64,000 bases of DNA from Candidatus Fermentibacteraceae bacterium (GTDB lineage Bacteria; Fermentibacterota; Fermentibacteria; Fermentibacterales; JCC-6). This document shows, in pieces, positions 39,495 to 49,228 of this stretch (its first letter is position 1; each line of letters opens with the position of its first letter). The stretch spans positions 256,765 through 320,764 of the forward strand of contig JADGDO010000001.1 in assembly GCA_016744855.1 (NCBI GenBank), given 5' to 3'. The position numbers and the translations under genes were made by a program. The notes beneath the pieces are model-generated. The model made no database searches. It worked only from the letters and a program-made list of their open reading frames with translations, and had not been told where the DNA came from.

Positions 39495-42050
39495 CTAGTC
39501 TGTTCCCAGAGCCCTCTTGATTCTTGTCAGGAACATTTTTCTTCTAATGGGTTTTCTTATGTAGTCAATTGCACCCAGCTCGTATCCCCTTTCTTCCTTG
39601 TCTAAACTGTCGTTTGCAGTCAGGAATATTAGCTTGGTGTCCATGTTCTTGCTTTGAAGGGCCTGAAGCATTGTGAATCCGTCAAGACCTGGCATTTCAA
39701 TATCAGAGAGTATCAAATCATAGTTGTTTGTCTGAAGGGTAACGATAGCCTCCACCCCGTCAGTAGCCTGGTCAACTTCATATCCGCTGGTTTCAAGAAG
39801 AATTGAAGCGAGATTTCTGAAATCATCATCATCATCTACAAGAAGAATCCGTTTCACTCCATCTTTTTCAGTAGTTTTTGGTGTGAAATCAACTTCAGTG
39901 CGACCGCTCAATCGAAGTTCTTCAAGTAAAACATGCCTGTTAACATCATCAAGAGAAAGAAGACCCTGTCTTACTTTCATGATTGCATGATCTGAGAGAA
40001 GAAAAACTCCTGCTTTTTCATGAAGGGCAATGCGCATAGCAGGTACTGATTCAGCAGTTTTTATAATTTCAGTAACAGCTGGATTGAATCGCATGAGTTC
40101 ATAAACACCCTGCCTGCCTGCATAACCGGTGAAATTGCATTTGGGGCATCCCTCGGGATGTGGGAGCTCAGCGGGAATGTCATCCGTGAATGGCAACAGT
40201 ATTTTTCTTTCATCAGCTGTTATGGGTTTCATTCTTCTACACCTCTGACAGAGGCTTTTTAGAAGTCTCTGTGCAAGGAGGCAGAGAAGATTGTCTGCTG
40301 AATCCTCTCTTGCGATTCCAAGTCGGGCTAGGCGGAAAAGGGCGGTTGTTGTGTTAGAGCTGTGCAGAGTAGCCATTGTGAGGTGACCGGTACTTGCTAG
40401 ATCAAGGCAGGTTTTTGCACTGAAAGAATCTCGTACCTCTCCAAGATAAACAATGTCCGGATCCTGGCGAACAGCTGACTTGAGCAATGCTTCAAATGTA
40501 ACACCTGCTTTAACATTGACCTGCTGCTGGTTTGCGTATTCAATTCTGTATTCAACTGGGTCTTCAATAGTCATAAGACTTCTGGATTTAATATCGAGAT
40601 GGGAAATCATGCTATAGAGAGTCGTAGATTTACCGCTACCCGTAGGTCCCACAACAATAATAGCTCCACTAGTCTGGCTGGAAACCTCATAAAGATCTTC
40701 TGATTGTTCCTCAGTCATACCGAGTTCTGTTAACTCTCTGGGCTTTGCATAAAGGTCAAGCATTCTTACAATAAGACTTTCACCCTGTGGAGTAGATGTA
40801 GTGGCAAATCTCATCTTGAAGGGCTTTCCGCCAATTCTGGCCTCTGCCTGACCATCCTGAGGCTTTCGTCTTTCGGCGATATCCATTCCACCAAGAACTT
40901 TGAATCTGCTGATAAGAACTGCACCGGTCTTCTTTTTAAGGGTGAACATATCTTTCATGTCACCGTCGACGCGAAATCTGACGAGAACTTTGTCCGGTTT
41001 AGGCTCTACATGGATATCACTTGCCCCTTCAGAAACAGCCGAAAAGAGTATACTGTCAGAGATGTATCTGATAGGGAATTTTCTAATATCTTCCTCTGAA
41101 GGTTTTTCAAGTATTTCTATGGTACCCTTGAACTCCTCTACCTCATCCTGACTTTTCTCCGCAGCCTCTTCTTCGTTATCATCGTCCTCGCCAATATCTG
41201 CAAATGTGGTGTCGGATTCGTTGGCTTCCTCCTTACGAAGGAGAGCATCTATACAGTCCGGGCAGGTGATTCCGAGTGTCGGGATTCTTCCGGTAAGCGA
41301 TTCCAGCATTTCAATAAGTTGTGGCTCATAAGGATTTGACAGTACAAACCGAATCGCTTTATCCTCTTTAAGAGCAAGCACCCTGTGCGCCTTTGAGAAT
41401 GCAGCAGGCAACATGTCCCCTTCCACAGTCTCAGGATCAATATACGGGTAATTAGGTAGCTGAAGATAGGAAGAGAGAAGCTTAGCTGTTTCAATGCTAT
41501 CCAGACCAATGTCTTTTGTTTTCTGATACATTTCCCTTGGCTGAGATAAACTTAGTGTGGCTGTATCTTCCCTTGATAGGGTTGAATTCTCGCGCAGAAA
41601 CTCGATAAACCCCTGATAATCCTGCAGTCGGGCCGAGGGAGCTGGGCTATCAAGTCGACCCCAGTTCTCAGCTCTTTCAAGAACCTTTTTTACTTTTGCA
41701 GAGAGAATCTTACGATTCAGTTCAGATTTAGGAACAAAATCTGCAACTCCAGCGTTTAATGCGTCACGCCTGGTTTCATCATCGGCTCTGCTGGTAATCA
41801 TAATTACAGGAATTCTGGATAATACTCTGTCGGACTGAAGATTGCTGCAGAATTCCAGTCCATTCATACCGGGCATAAGAAGATCAAGAAGAATGATGGA
41901 GACATCTCCCAGTTGCAAAACTTTCATCGCTGCTGCGGCGCTCTCAACAGACTCAGTTAAATAGCCTGATTTCCCGAGTATATGAGAAAGCAGTAATCTG
42001 GTGTCTTCATCATCGTCGATAATCAGTACTTTTTTATTCTTCGTCAACAT
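39495..42050 (-). CDS. GspE/PilB-family secretion ATPase flanked by N- and C-terminal response-regulator receiver domains (REC-GspE_N-ATPase-REC)
   Basis: N-terminal REC (VLIIDDDED...DLLMPGMNG). T2SS-E N-terminal-like domain. Walker A GPTGSGKSTT. Tetracysteine CxxC...CxxC. C-terminal REC (ILLVDDDDD...DIEMPGLDG). The start is taken at the internal Met (MLTKNKK); the track start is 42113. Confidence 0.8.
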   Translation of the reverse strand: MLTKNKKVLIIDDDEDTRLLLSHILGKSGYLTESVESAAAAMKVLQLGDVSIILLDLLMPGMNGLEFCSNLQSDRVLSRIPVIMITSRADDETRRDALNAGVADFVPKSELNRKILSAKVKKVLERAENWGRLDSPAPSARLQDYQGFIEFLRENSTLSREDTATLSLSQPREMYQKTKDIGLDSIETAKLLSSYLQLPNYPYIDPETVEGDMLPAAFSKAHRVLALKEDKAIRFVLSNPYEPQLIEMLESLTGRIPTLGITCPDCIDALLRKEEANESDTTFADIGEDDDNEEEAAEKSQDEVEEFKGTIEILEKPSEEDIRKFPIRYISDSILFSAVSEGASDIHVEPKPDKVLVRFRVDGDMKDMFTLKKKTGAVLISRFKVLGGMDIAERRKPQDGQAEARIGGKPFKMRFATTSTPQGESLIVRMLDLYAKPRELTELGMTEEQSEDLYEVSSQTSGAIIVVGPTGSGKSTTLYSMISHLDIKSRSLMTIEDPVEYRIEYANQQQVNVKAGVTFEALLKSAVRQDPDIVYLGEVRDSFSAKTCLDLASTGHLTMATLHSSNTTTALFRLARLGIAREDSADNLLCLLAQRLLKSLCQRCRRMKPITADERKILLPFTDDIPAELPHPEGCPKCNFTGYAGRQGVYELMRFNPAVTEIIKTAESVPAMRIALHEKAGVFLLSDHAIMKVRQGLLSLDDVNRHVLLEELRLSGRTEVDFTPKTTEKDGVKRILLVDDDDDFRNLASILLETSGYEVDQATDGVEAIVTLQTNNYDLILSDIEMPGLDGFTMLQALQSKNMDTKLIFLTANDSLDKEERGYELGAIDYIRKPIRRKMFLTRIKRALGTD

Positions 42051-45000
42051 ATTCAATTCGAACTGTGTTAAGATAATTTTCCAACTGATCAATTCCCAAA
42101 AGAATTTCCACACTGTCTAGAGCTTTTGCTGCTATCTCCATTGCTGCGCCGATCTCGCTGATCCTGTCAAATCCGTAACCTCCTCCAGAGCCTTTCATGC
42201 TGTGAGAAAGTCTCTGTGCTTCCTTGAAATCATCCTCCAGCACGAGTTGTCTGATATTAACAATGTCTGAGCGGCGGTTTTTCAAATATCCGGGTATCAG
42301 TGCTTCAAGGTCCTCCGGAACCAGTGCAACAGGACCCTGGAGAGAAATATCATCTTCGGTTTCCAGAATTGTCTCTGGTTCCTGTTCTGCTTCAATTTCA
42401 ACAGGAAGATCTGCGAGCTCAGGAGTACCCTCCCTGGGGCCCATTATTTTAAGAAGTTCATCCAGTTTTTCCAGCAAATCCTTTTTTCTTACAGGTTTAG
42501 AAATATGGATATCACATCCCGCAGCGAGACATTTCTGCACCTCTTCGCGGAGTGCGTGTGCAGTAAGAGCGACAATAGGGACATGTTCACTCATGGAAAT
42601 GGATTCATGAGCTCTTATCGATCTTGTAGCCTCATAACCGTCCATGACAGGCATCTGCATATCCATAAGAATAAAATCGAATTTTTTCTGCATGTATTGC
42701 TCAAGAGCTTCTTTACCATTTTCTGCGACAGTAATCTCCCAGGGATATTTCTCCGTGTATTTGATGATAAGAAATCTGTTGTCGGGAGAGTCTTCTGCAA
42801 GGAGAATGGAAAGATTCATCTTCTCGATAGAAAGGTCGGAATTTGCAGTGCTGGCTGATGCCTTATGCTTCGGAGCAATGTTATGGATAACCTCAAGCAG
42901 CTGATTGCTTAACTCTCTTCTTCGCAGCGGTTTAAAAACGAAACGGTTTACACCCGAAAGCCTGGCTTTTTCTATACATATGTTACTGTTGTTACAATTA
43001 AGCATTAGTATCATATTTTCAGTTGAGATACCCTGGCGCTTTATGTAATCTGCAACCTCAGCACCATCCATTCGCGGCATATTATAATCCAGCAGGATTG
43101 CATCATAGCTCGTTTTTTTAAACAGTTCAAGAGCAGCAACCCCGCTTTCAGCAGTGTCAACAGATGCTCCCCAATGCTCAATAATTTCTTTCTGGATATT
43201 TCTGTTGTTACTGTTGTCGGCAGCCAGCAGTATTCTGCAACTGGACAAATCCGGGGATTCGTAACTATCGAGCTGATGAGGTGTGTCCGCTTCCGGCAGA
43301 TCACAGTTGAAAGAGAATGAACTTCCAATGTTAACTTCACTCTCCACACTGATAGTGCCACCCATTAGTTCTACCAGTTTTGTGCAGATTGTAAGCCCAA
43401 GTCCTGTTCCCCCATACCTTCTTGTGTGAGAGGAGTCAGCCTGAGTGAAACTCATGAATATAGCTTCCACTTTCCCCTCTGGAATGCCGATTCCTGTATC
43501 AGTTACAGAAAACAATACCTGACCATTATCTATGGGTTTGACTGTGGTTGTAACATCACCGGATTCGGTAAATTTGATTGAATTACCAATCAGGTTTGTG
43601 ATAACCTGCTTCAATCGTGAAGGATCTCCGGATACCCAGACTGGCGTAGCCGGGTCAATTCGACAGTTAAGTTCAAGACCCTTCTCATGGGCTCTGAGAG
43701 CAAGAGTTTCGCATGTTTTTTCAATTTCTTCGTAGAGATTAAAAGGAATTTTTTCAAGCTCTATCCTACCCGCTTCCACTTTTGAAATATCAAGAATGTC
43801 ATTAATAAGATTAAGCAGGTTATCGCTGGCATTTCTGCCTACTCTCAGGTAATTCTTTTGAGTTGGAGTCATATCTGTTTCCGACAAGAGGTCGGTAGTT
43901 CCAATTATTGCATTCAGAGGAGTCCTGATTTCATGACTCATATTAGCAAGAAATTCAGATTTTGTTCTAGTCGCATTCAGAGCAGCCTCACGAGCTTCAA
44001 TGAGCTCAAGCTCAATTTTCTTCCTTTCAGAAATATCCCTAAGCATGCCAGTAGCCTGCCACTCGCCGTTAAGAAAGAATGAAGAGACAGAAAGCTCAAC
44101 AGGAAAGGTTGTGCGGTTCTTTCTCATACCTTCGAGCTCTACCACACGGCCTACCATCATACCTTGCCCTGTAGATCTGAACTGCTCCATACCCATTTCT
44201 ATCATTTCTCTGTAAGCATCCGGAGCAATAAGGGAATGAAGTTTTCTGCCAATAGTCTCAGAGCTTTCGTATCCAAACATCATTTCAGCAGAATTGCTGA
44301 AGAATGTCACCCTTGATTCAGAATCCATAATAATTACAGCATCCTGTGCAGACTCTGTGATCGCTTTAAATTTTACTTCAATCTCACGCAGTAATCCCAT
44401 TATTGAATCACGGTCGGACATGTCGGTATATACAGCGACTGCTCCTTGGGTTTCTCCAGCCACAACAATCGGGGCAACGGAGACAGATACTCTTCTTTCG
44501 ATAGAGTTCTTTCCGGTTCTCAAGCACTCAAAGCCGCAGATTACCTTGCCGTTCATAATCTTACCTGCTTGTATGGAATCATTCCCAGCATTCGCGTTTA
44601 CAAGATCATCAACATCCCGACCAATTGCTTCCTCTGCTGTCCACCCAAACAATTCTACAGCAGCCTTATTCCATGCGGTAACAAGACCATTCTGATCGAT
44701 GGTAAGAACAGCATCAGGAACACTTTCAACAATCTTCTGAAAGAACAAAGCCTGTTTGTTTATCTCTCTCTCAAGTCTCAGTTCTTCCGTGATATCCGTG
44801 AGAATACCGTCGCAATACTTAGGCTTCCCATTGTTATCAAGAACTGAATGGATTGATCCGCGTGCACAAAAAGCAGTTCCGTCTTTTCTGATTAAATCAA
44901 CAAGAAAGCCCTTTACGCGGCCTTCTTGAGCTAGTTTAAAAAGAAATTTATCTCTCTGGACTGGATTAGCGTAGAACTTAATTACAGATTTGCCAATGAT

Positions 45001-45441
45001 CTCTTCTCGAGTAAACCCAATAAAGGGGAAAACAGAAGGAGAAACATCAATCACAATTCCTTCTGTTGAAATCCGGCAAAAAACATCATCCATTTCATTA
45101 AAAGCTCTTCGAAGATCACTGTTATTCATAAGAGTACCGGAGGAATTAGGATTTTCAAATGAAAGAATTTTGAATGTGTCATCTTTTTTGACAGCAGTGT
45201 GCGTATCGATAACAATGCCTGATTCAATCAGTGTGCCCAGTTCTTCGGTTACTGTGCTGCCGACAATTTCCTGAGCATGTTTTTGTAAAACAGTGCAAAT
45301 GAGCTTGTTAACCTTTACTATCCTGTTCTCGTCACCAGTAACAACTAAAGCGCAAACTCCTGAATCTGCAAGAATGCTCAAAAGGGCATCGTGTATTGTT
45401 TTGTCTTGAGCGTGATTTGCTGTTTCAGAAATGGACATCAC
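42034..45441 (-). CDS. unorthodox hybrid sensor histidine kinase (multiple PAS, HisKA, HATPase, two REC, C-terminal Hpt)
   Basis: H-box NMSHEIRTPLNAIIG. G2 box GTGLGLTI. REC domains ILLAADNSN...DYNMPRMDG and ILLAEDSPDN...DMQMPVMDG. Hpt motif SHSMKGSGGGYGF. Confidence 0.85.
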   Translation of the reverse strand: MMSISETANHAQDKTIHDALLSILADSGVCALVVTGDENRIVKVNKLICTVLQKHAQEIVGSTVTEELGTLIESGIVIDTHTAVKKDDTFKILSFENPNSSGTLMNNSDLRRAFNEMDDVFCRISTEGIVIDVSPSVFPFIGFTREEIIGKSVIKFYANPVQRDKFLFKLAQEGRVKGFLVDLIRKDGTAFCARGSIHSVLDNNGKPKYCDGILTDITEELRLEREINKQALFFQKIVESVPDAVLTIDQNGLVTAWNKAAVELFGWTAEEAIGRDVDDLVNANAGNDSIQAGKIMNGKVICGFECLRTGKNSIERRVSVSVAPIVVAGETQGAVAVYTDMSDRDSIMGLLREIEVKFKAITESAQDAVIIMDSESRVTFFSNSAEMMFGYESSETIGRKLHSLIAPDAYREMIEMGMEQFRSTGQGMMVGRVVELEGMRKNRTTFPVELSVSSFFLNGEWQATGMLRDISERKKIELELIEAREAALNATRTKSEFLANMSHEIRTPLNAIIGTTDLLSETDMTPTQKNYLRVGRNASDNLLNLINDILDISKVEAGRIELEKIPFNLYEEIEKTCETLALRAHEKGLELNCRIDPATPVWVSGDPSRLKQVITNLIGNSIKFTESGDVTTTVKPIDNGQVLFSVTDTGIGIPEGKVEAIFMSFTQADSSHTRRYGGTGLGLTICTKLVELMGGTISVESEVNIGSSFSFNCDLPEADTPHQLDSYESPDLSSCRILLAADNSNNRNIQKEIIEHWGASVDTAESGVAALELFKKTSYDAILLDYNMPRMDGAEVADYIKRQGISTENMILMLNCNNSNICIEKARLSGVNRFVFKPLRRRELSNQLLEVIHNIAPKHKASASTANSDLSIEKMNLSILLAEDSPDNRFLIIKYTEKYPWEITVAENGKEALEQYMQKKFDFILMDMQMPVMDGYEATRSIRAHESISMSEHVPIVALTAHALREEVQKCLAAGCDIHISKPVRKKDLLEKLDELLKIMGPREGTPELADLPVEIEAEQEPETILETEDDISLQGPVALVPEDLEALIPGYLKNRRSDIVNIRQLVLEDDFKEAQRLSHSMKGSGGGYGFDRISEIGAAMEIAAKALDSVEILLGIDQLENYLNTVRIEYVDEE

Positions 45442-45987
45442 CTATCCTTTGCTGTCTGTAAATCCAATAGCTTCTTTTACCATTTGAGAAAGGGACCCGG
45501 CACTAAAAGGTTTCCTCAAAAAACCTTGAAGTTTAAGCCCGGCAAAACGTTTTCGAATTTCCTCTTCCCCATACCCTGTTGTCAGAATTATGCCCAGTTT
45601 GGGCGAAGAGCGTCTGAGTTGTCTGAAAGTCTGCATTCCATCTAACCTTGGCATAACAAGGTCAAGAACAACACACTTGATTGCATCTTTATTCTGCTCA
45701 TAAATTCCCAGAGCTTCCACACCGTCAGCAGCGGTAAGAACTTCGTATCCCTCTCTTGAGAGAATCTGTGTGCCTATTCTGCGAATAATCTCTTCATCAT
45801 CAACAAACAAAACAGAAGCATCAGATTTTGCTTGAATCTCTTCGGGTGAAAGGGCTGCGATAACAAGTCTTATTTCCTTCAAGGACTCAATAAGTTCTGT
45901 AGACATTACCCCGGAAGTCTGAGTGGACACAAAAGCAATTCTGCGTTCTGCTCTTTTAAGCTTTTCGAGCAATGCATTTTTGATCAA
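45442..45987 (-). CDS. response regulator receiver protein with ~60 aa N-terminal extension
   Basis: VLFVDDEEI...DLVMPRLDG...K. Stop abuts the start of the large HK. Confidence 0.8.
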   Translation of the reverse strand: MIKNALLEKLKRAERRIAFVSTQTSGVMSTELIESLKEIRLVIAALSPEEIQAKSDASVLFVDDEEIIRRIGTQILSREGYEVLTAADGVEALGIYEQNKDAIKCVVLDLVMPRLDGMQTFRQLRRSSPKLGIILTTGYGEEEIRKRFAGLKLQGFLRKPFSAGSLSQMVKEAIGFTDSKG

Positions 45988-46055
45988 AAATCTAACCTCC
46001 TGTAATTGCTAAGCGACAACTGATTATTAAGAGTCGAAGAAAATAGCGCAAGGGG

Positions 46056-46679
46056 TCATAGAAATCTAAGGAAAGGATTATTCTTTTTCTCATTTTTCAT
46101 TGTAGAAGCCGGACCATGTCCTGGTAAAATGACAAAACTATCTTCTTGTTCTGCAATAATATTCTTCATAGTTGTTTTCATATTCGCTGGTGAACTCTGA
46201 GGCAGATCTGTTCTTCCTATTGAACCTGCGAATAGTGTATCCCCTGAAAAAAAGAGGTCATGACCCTTTATACAGATTGATCCACGAGAATGTCCGGGGG
46301 TATGCAATACCGAAAAAACAAGATTACCCACCTTTATAGAATCACCATTGGTAAGTATTCTGTTTACAGTAGGAGGCTGTTGAATTGAAAATCCCCACTC
46401 TGCGGCATGGAGTTTTGCCGAGGACATCATTTCAACATCTTCCGAGTGTATCATTGTTTCCGGTGAATAGCGACTTATCAAATCGGAAGCTCCTCCAACA
46501 TGGTCAAAATGACCATGTGTGTAAATGATAAGATCTAGCCTTTGGAAATACTCATTTATCGCCGAGGAATCATCACCCGGATCTACCACAAGAACAGCTC
46601 CTGTTTCAGGGCATTTGACCACATAACAGTTTGTCTGGATGGGACCAACAACCACTTTTTTGACGATCGGTTTAGTCAC
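46056..46679 (-). CDS. MBL-fold metallo-hydrolase (GloB-like)
   Basis: HTHGHFDHVGG metal-binding motif. About 207 aa. Confidence 0.8.
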   Translation of the reverse strand: MTKPIVKKVVVGPIQTNCYVVKCPETGAVLVVDPGDDSSAINEYFQRLDLIIYTHGHFDHVGGASDLISRYSPETMIHSEDVEMMSSAKLHAAEWGFSIQQPPTVNRILTNGDSIKVGNLVFSVLHTPGHSRGSICIKGHDLFFSGDTLFAGSIGRTDLPQSSPANMKTTMKNIIAEQEDSFVILPGHGPASTMKNEKKNNPFLRFL

Positions 46680-47691
46680 AGAGAACCTCCAATTCAGTAA
46701 CTCTCAGTCTAATGGCTGAAGTGCCGGTTGTGTCATCAATCTGCCCTAAAAACAGCTGATAGTTTTCCAAAGCCTGAGGCAGATCGCCGTAGAGGTAATG
46801 GCATTCAGCAAGACCAAGCCTGCAGATTTTATCATCCGGATAACTAGCAAGAATGGATTCCATCACGGCAATGGCCTCTTCCTGCCTTCCCTGAGAAGAA
46901 TAAGAAAGCGCAAGAATATTCAACGCGTCATAGCTTGAAGGAGAAACCGCCAACACTGAAAGAATTTGTTCTTCCGCCTCAGAGTGCATTCCCAGAATTC
47001 CAAATGTCCTTGCCGCTTCAATTTGAGGCTGGAGGAATTCGGGAGCGACTGAGATCGAACCCTGAAAAAACAGAAGAGCTTCTTCGGGGTTTCCTGCAAG
47101 AAGAGTAATCCTTCCACAATTGTAAAGAATCGATGCATTTTCAGGCTCTCTTCTGTAAGCTATGTTAAAACAGGAAGCCGCTTCCTCGAAATTTCCGTTT
47201 TCCATTAGGGCCATTCCATAGTTGTTAAAAGCAATTCCATCCTCCGGAGAGAGCTGAGTGGCAAGCTGACCGGTGTGAAGTGCTTCAGGAATCCTTCCAG
47301 CACCGAGTAAAGCTCCTGACAGATCGGTTAGAACATCCACTTTTGTTGAATCGATTTCAATCACTCTCTGATAAGCACTAATCGCATGGTCGTACATGCC
47401 CAGATCTAGATTGACTGTTCCCAGATTCCGCCAGACATTCGGATTGTCCGGATCAAGAGCTGCAACCTCCATCAGGAGTTCGCGAGCAGTGTTTAACTCA
47501 CCGTTGTTGTATGCTTCACCGGCAGTAGCAAACAACAAGGCTGGATCAGATTGCTCTTCGTTATCAGTTCCACATGAAAATGAAACAAGAATAGCAGTGC
47601 AGAGAATCACGGTCATAAGTATATTGAGAGCTGAATAATTAAACACATGGAGGTTATTTTTGATTTCTATTATTTTTTTCATTTTTTCCAC
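46672..47691 (-). CDS. TPR-repeat lipoprotein
   Basis: Signal/lipobox VSFSCG. Repeated TPR-like 34-aa units (A..Y...G). Confidence 0.65.
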   Translation of the reverse strand: MEKMKKIIEIKNNLHVFNYSALNILMTVILCTAILVSFSCGTDNEEQSDPALLFATAGEAYNNGELNTARELLMEVAALDPDNPNVWRNLGTVNLDLGMYDHAISAYQRVIEIDSTKVDVLTDLSGALLGAGRIPEALHTGQLATQLSPEDGIAFNNYGMALMENGNFEEAASCFNIAYRREPENASILYNCGRITLLAGNPEEALLFFQGSISVAPEFLQPQIEAARTFGILGMHSEAEEQILSVLAVSPSSYDALNILALSYSSQGRQEEAIAVMESILASYPDDKICRLGLAECHYLYGDLPQALENYQLFLGQIDDTTGTSAIRLRVTELEVLCD

Positions 47692-48796
47692 CCTGCCGGA
47701 AGCTTACACGGTTGATCCATACAGTATATTTTCACAATCGGATTCTGTTCTTTCAAGCATCAGCTCCATAGAATACCAGTTCACTTTCAGCGGTACAGGA
47801 GCACTCTTAAACATAATACCTGAGGTTAACGGAAAGACATGTCTCAGTTTTGTTCCAGGATTAGATCACCCGCTGATGGATCATCATCTTGAAAGCATGA
47901 CAAGAGAAGGAACTTTCAGGAACCTAAGCATTCCTTCAAGCTACGTTGCCACTAGAGACAGTGTCTACCTTGTTGACAATATTGATTCTACGGTTTACTT
48001 CTCTTCTTACAACAGGGCCGCTTGGGAAATGTTTGATTTCCCTCCAGCATCGTTGCTAATGGAGTATGCACTCTCAGAACCATTCAGAGATGAGATTCTT
48101 GCCGATTCGATCGCAGTGCTTGTACCGGAAGAGATTGATGGAACACTGTGTCATGTGTTTCATGTTTTTTATAGTGACTTGGAGGGAAACGAAGCAATCT
48201 GGTTCATAGGGATCGAGGATCTTCTACCACACGCAGTTGAAAGAATTAGTTACTATGGCACTGCGTCAGCACCAGGTGGTCAGCTTCTTGTGTTGAGTAA
48301 CCTGAATCTAAGTAGCACTATTCCGTGCAGACCCTCAGTTCCGGAGAACTATACTTCTACCGGATGGCTCTCTTTACTGGAAACAGACACAGATGCCCCA
48401 CCTTTCTTTCTTGCAGATAGACAAGGCTTTACTGTACGCTCTTCAGATCAGGGTGAAAAGCTTCTTCTCCTTTGCTTCTTCTCCTCTTGGGATCCTGTGT
48501 CACTTTCTGCTCTTGGTTTACTACAAACTATCTATAGGGAATATTCCGGTTCGCTTCAGTGTTTCGGGATATCAATTCTCGAGACATCTGAACCTGGTTT
48601 TAGATTGAATTCCCTGGAAACAGAATTCCCGATACTTGTTTTCGGTGAAGATGCAGCTGACGATTACAATGTTCATACGACTCCAGCAGTATTCCTGATT
48701 TCAAGTAGCAGAAAAATCCTCTACTCCAGCAGAGTCGTTACAGATGAAACCGCAGATGAAATACTGAGACTTATCGAGGGTGAAACACAAATGTAG
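47660..48796 (+). CDS. hypothetical exported protein with C-terminal thioredoxin-like segment lacking the CxxC
   Basis: Hydrophobic N-terminus. FFSSWDPVS aligns to the TlpA/thioredoxin WCGPC position. Confidence 0.35.
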   Translation: MISIIFFIFSTLPEAYTVDPYSIFSQSDSVLSSISSIEYQFTFSGTGALLNIIPEVNGKTCLSFVPGLDHPLMDHHLESMTREGTFRNLSIPSSYVATRDSVYLVDNIDSTVYFSSYNRAAWEMFDFPPASLLMEYALSEPFRDEILADSIAVLVPEEIDGTLCHVFHVFYSDLEGNEAIWFIGIEDLLPHAVERISYYGTASAPGGQLLVLSNLNLSSTIPCRPSVPENYTSTGWLSLLETDTDAPPFFLADRQGFTVRSSDQGEKLLLLCFFSSWDPVSLSALGLLQTIYREYSGSLQCFGISILETSEPGFRLNSLETEFPILVFGEDAADDYNVHTTPAVFLISSSRKILYSSRVVTDETADEILRLIEGETQM

Positions 48797-48800
48797 AAAA

Positions 48801-48820
48801 AGGGAGTCCTAAGACTCCCT
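48801..48820. terminator. bidirectional intrinsic terminator hairpin
   Basis: AGGGAGTC-CTAA-GACTCCCT 8-bp GC-rich stem. Followed by TCTCTATATAAA on the + strand and TTTTTCT on the - strand. It lies between the + strand CDS stop (48796) and the tRNA 3' end (48832). Confidence 0.6.
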
Positions 48821-48831
48821 CTCTATATAAA

Positions 48832-48918
48832 TGGTACCGGAGACGGGACTTGAACCCGTACAGGCTATTGCCCACTAGGTCCTTAACCTAGCGTGTCTGC
48901 CAATTCCACCACCCCGGC
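48832..48918 (-). tRNA. tRNA-Leu, anticodon read as AAG
   Basis: 87 nt: 7-bp acceptor stem, D-loop GAATTGGCAGA, anticodon stem CTAGG/CCTAG with loop TTAAGGA, long variable arm, T-arm ACGGG-TTCAAGT-CCCGT, encoded CCA. Near-identical in architecture to E. coli leuU except for anticodon position 34. Confidence 0.85.
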
Positions 48919-48932
48919 ACTATTACTCATTC

Positions 48933-49157
48933 CTAAAATATCGCCAGTAGAAATGATGCTACCATAAAAAGTACAGCAAGCACTGTTGTTGCTTTGCTGA
49001 GAAGACTGGCTGCACCCCTGCTGCCAAAAGAAGCCGTAAGAGCTCCGCCGCCCCCGAAGGCCCCTGAAAGGCCGTCACCTTTTGACTTCTGAAGCAGAAC
49101 AACTGCTACCAGAAGAACACAAATCACTGAATGCAAAAACGTAAGTACTGTTGTCAT
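48933..49157 (-). CDS. secG: preprotein translocase subunit SecG
   Basis: 74 aa, two TM helices. LLQKSKGDGLSGAFGGGG motif. Conserved secG-tRNA-Leu arrangement. Confidence 0.85.
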   Translation of the reverse strand: MTTVLTFLHSVICVLLVAVVLLQKSKGDGLSGAFGGGGALTASFGSRGAASLLSKATTVLAVLFMVASFLLAIF

Positions 49158-49228
49158 TTAAAATCACTCCTTCATTTCGAAGCCGATATATACAAAAAGC
49201 TGAGCCCTCTGGCAAGGCTTTTTACAAG

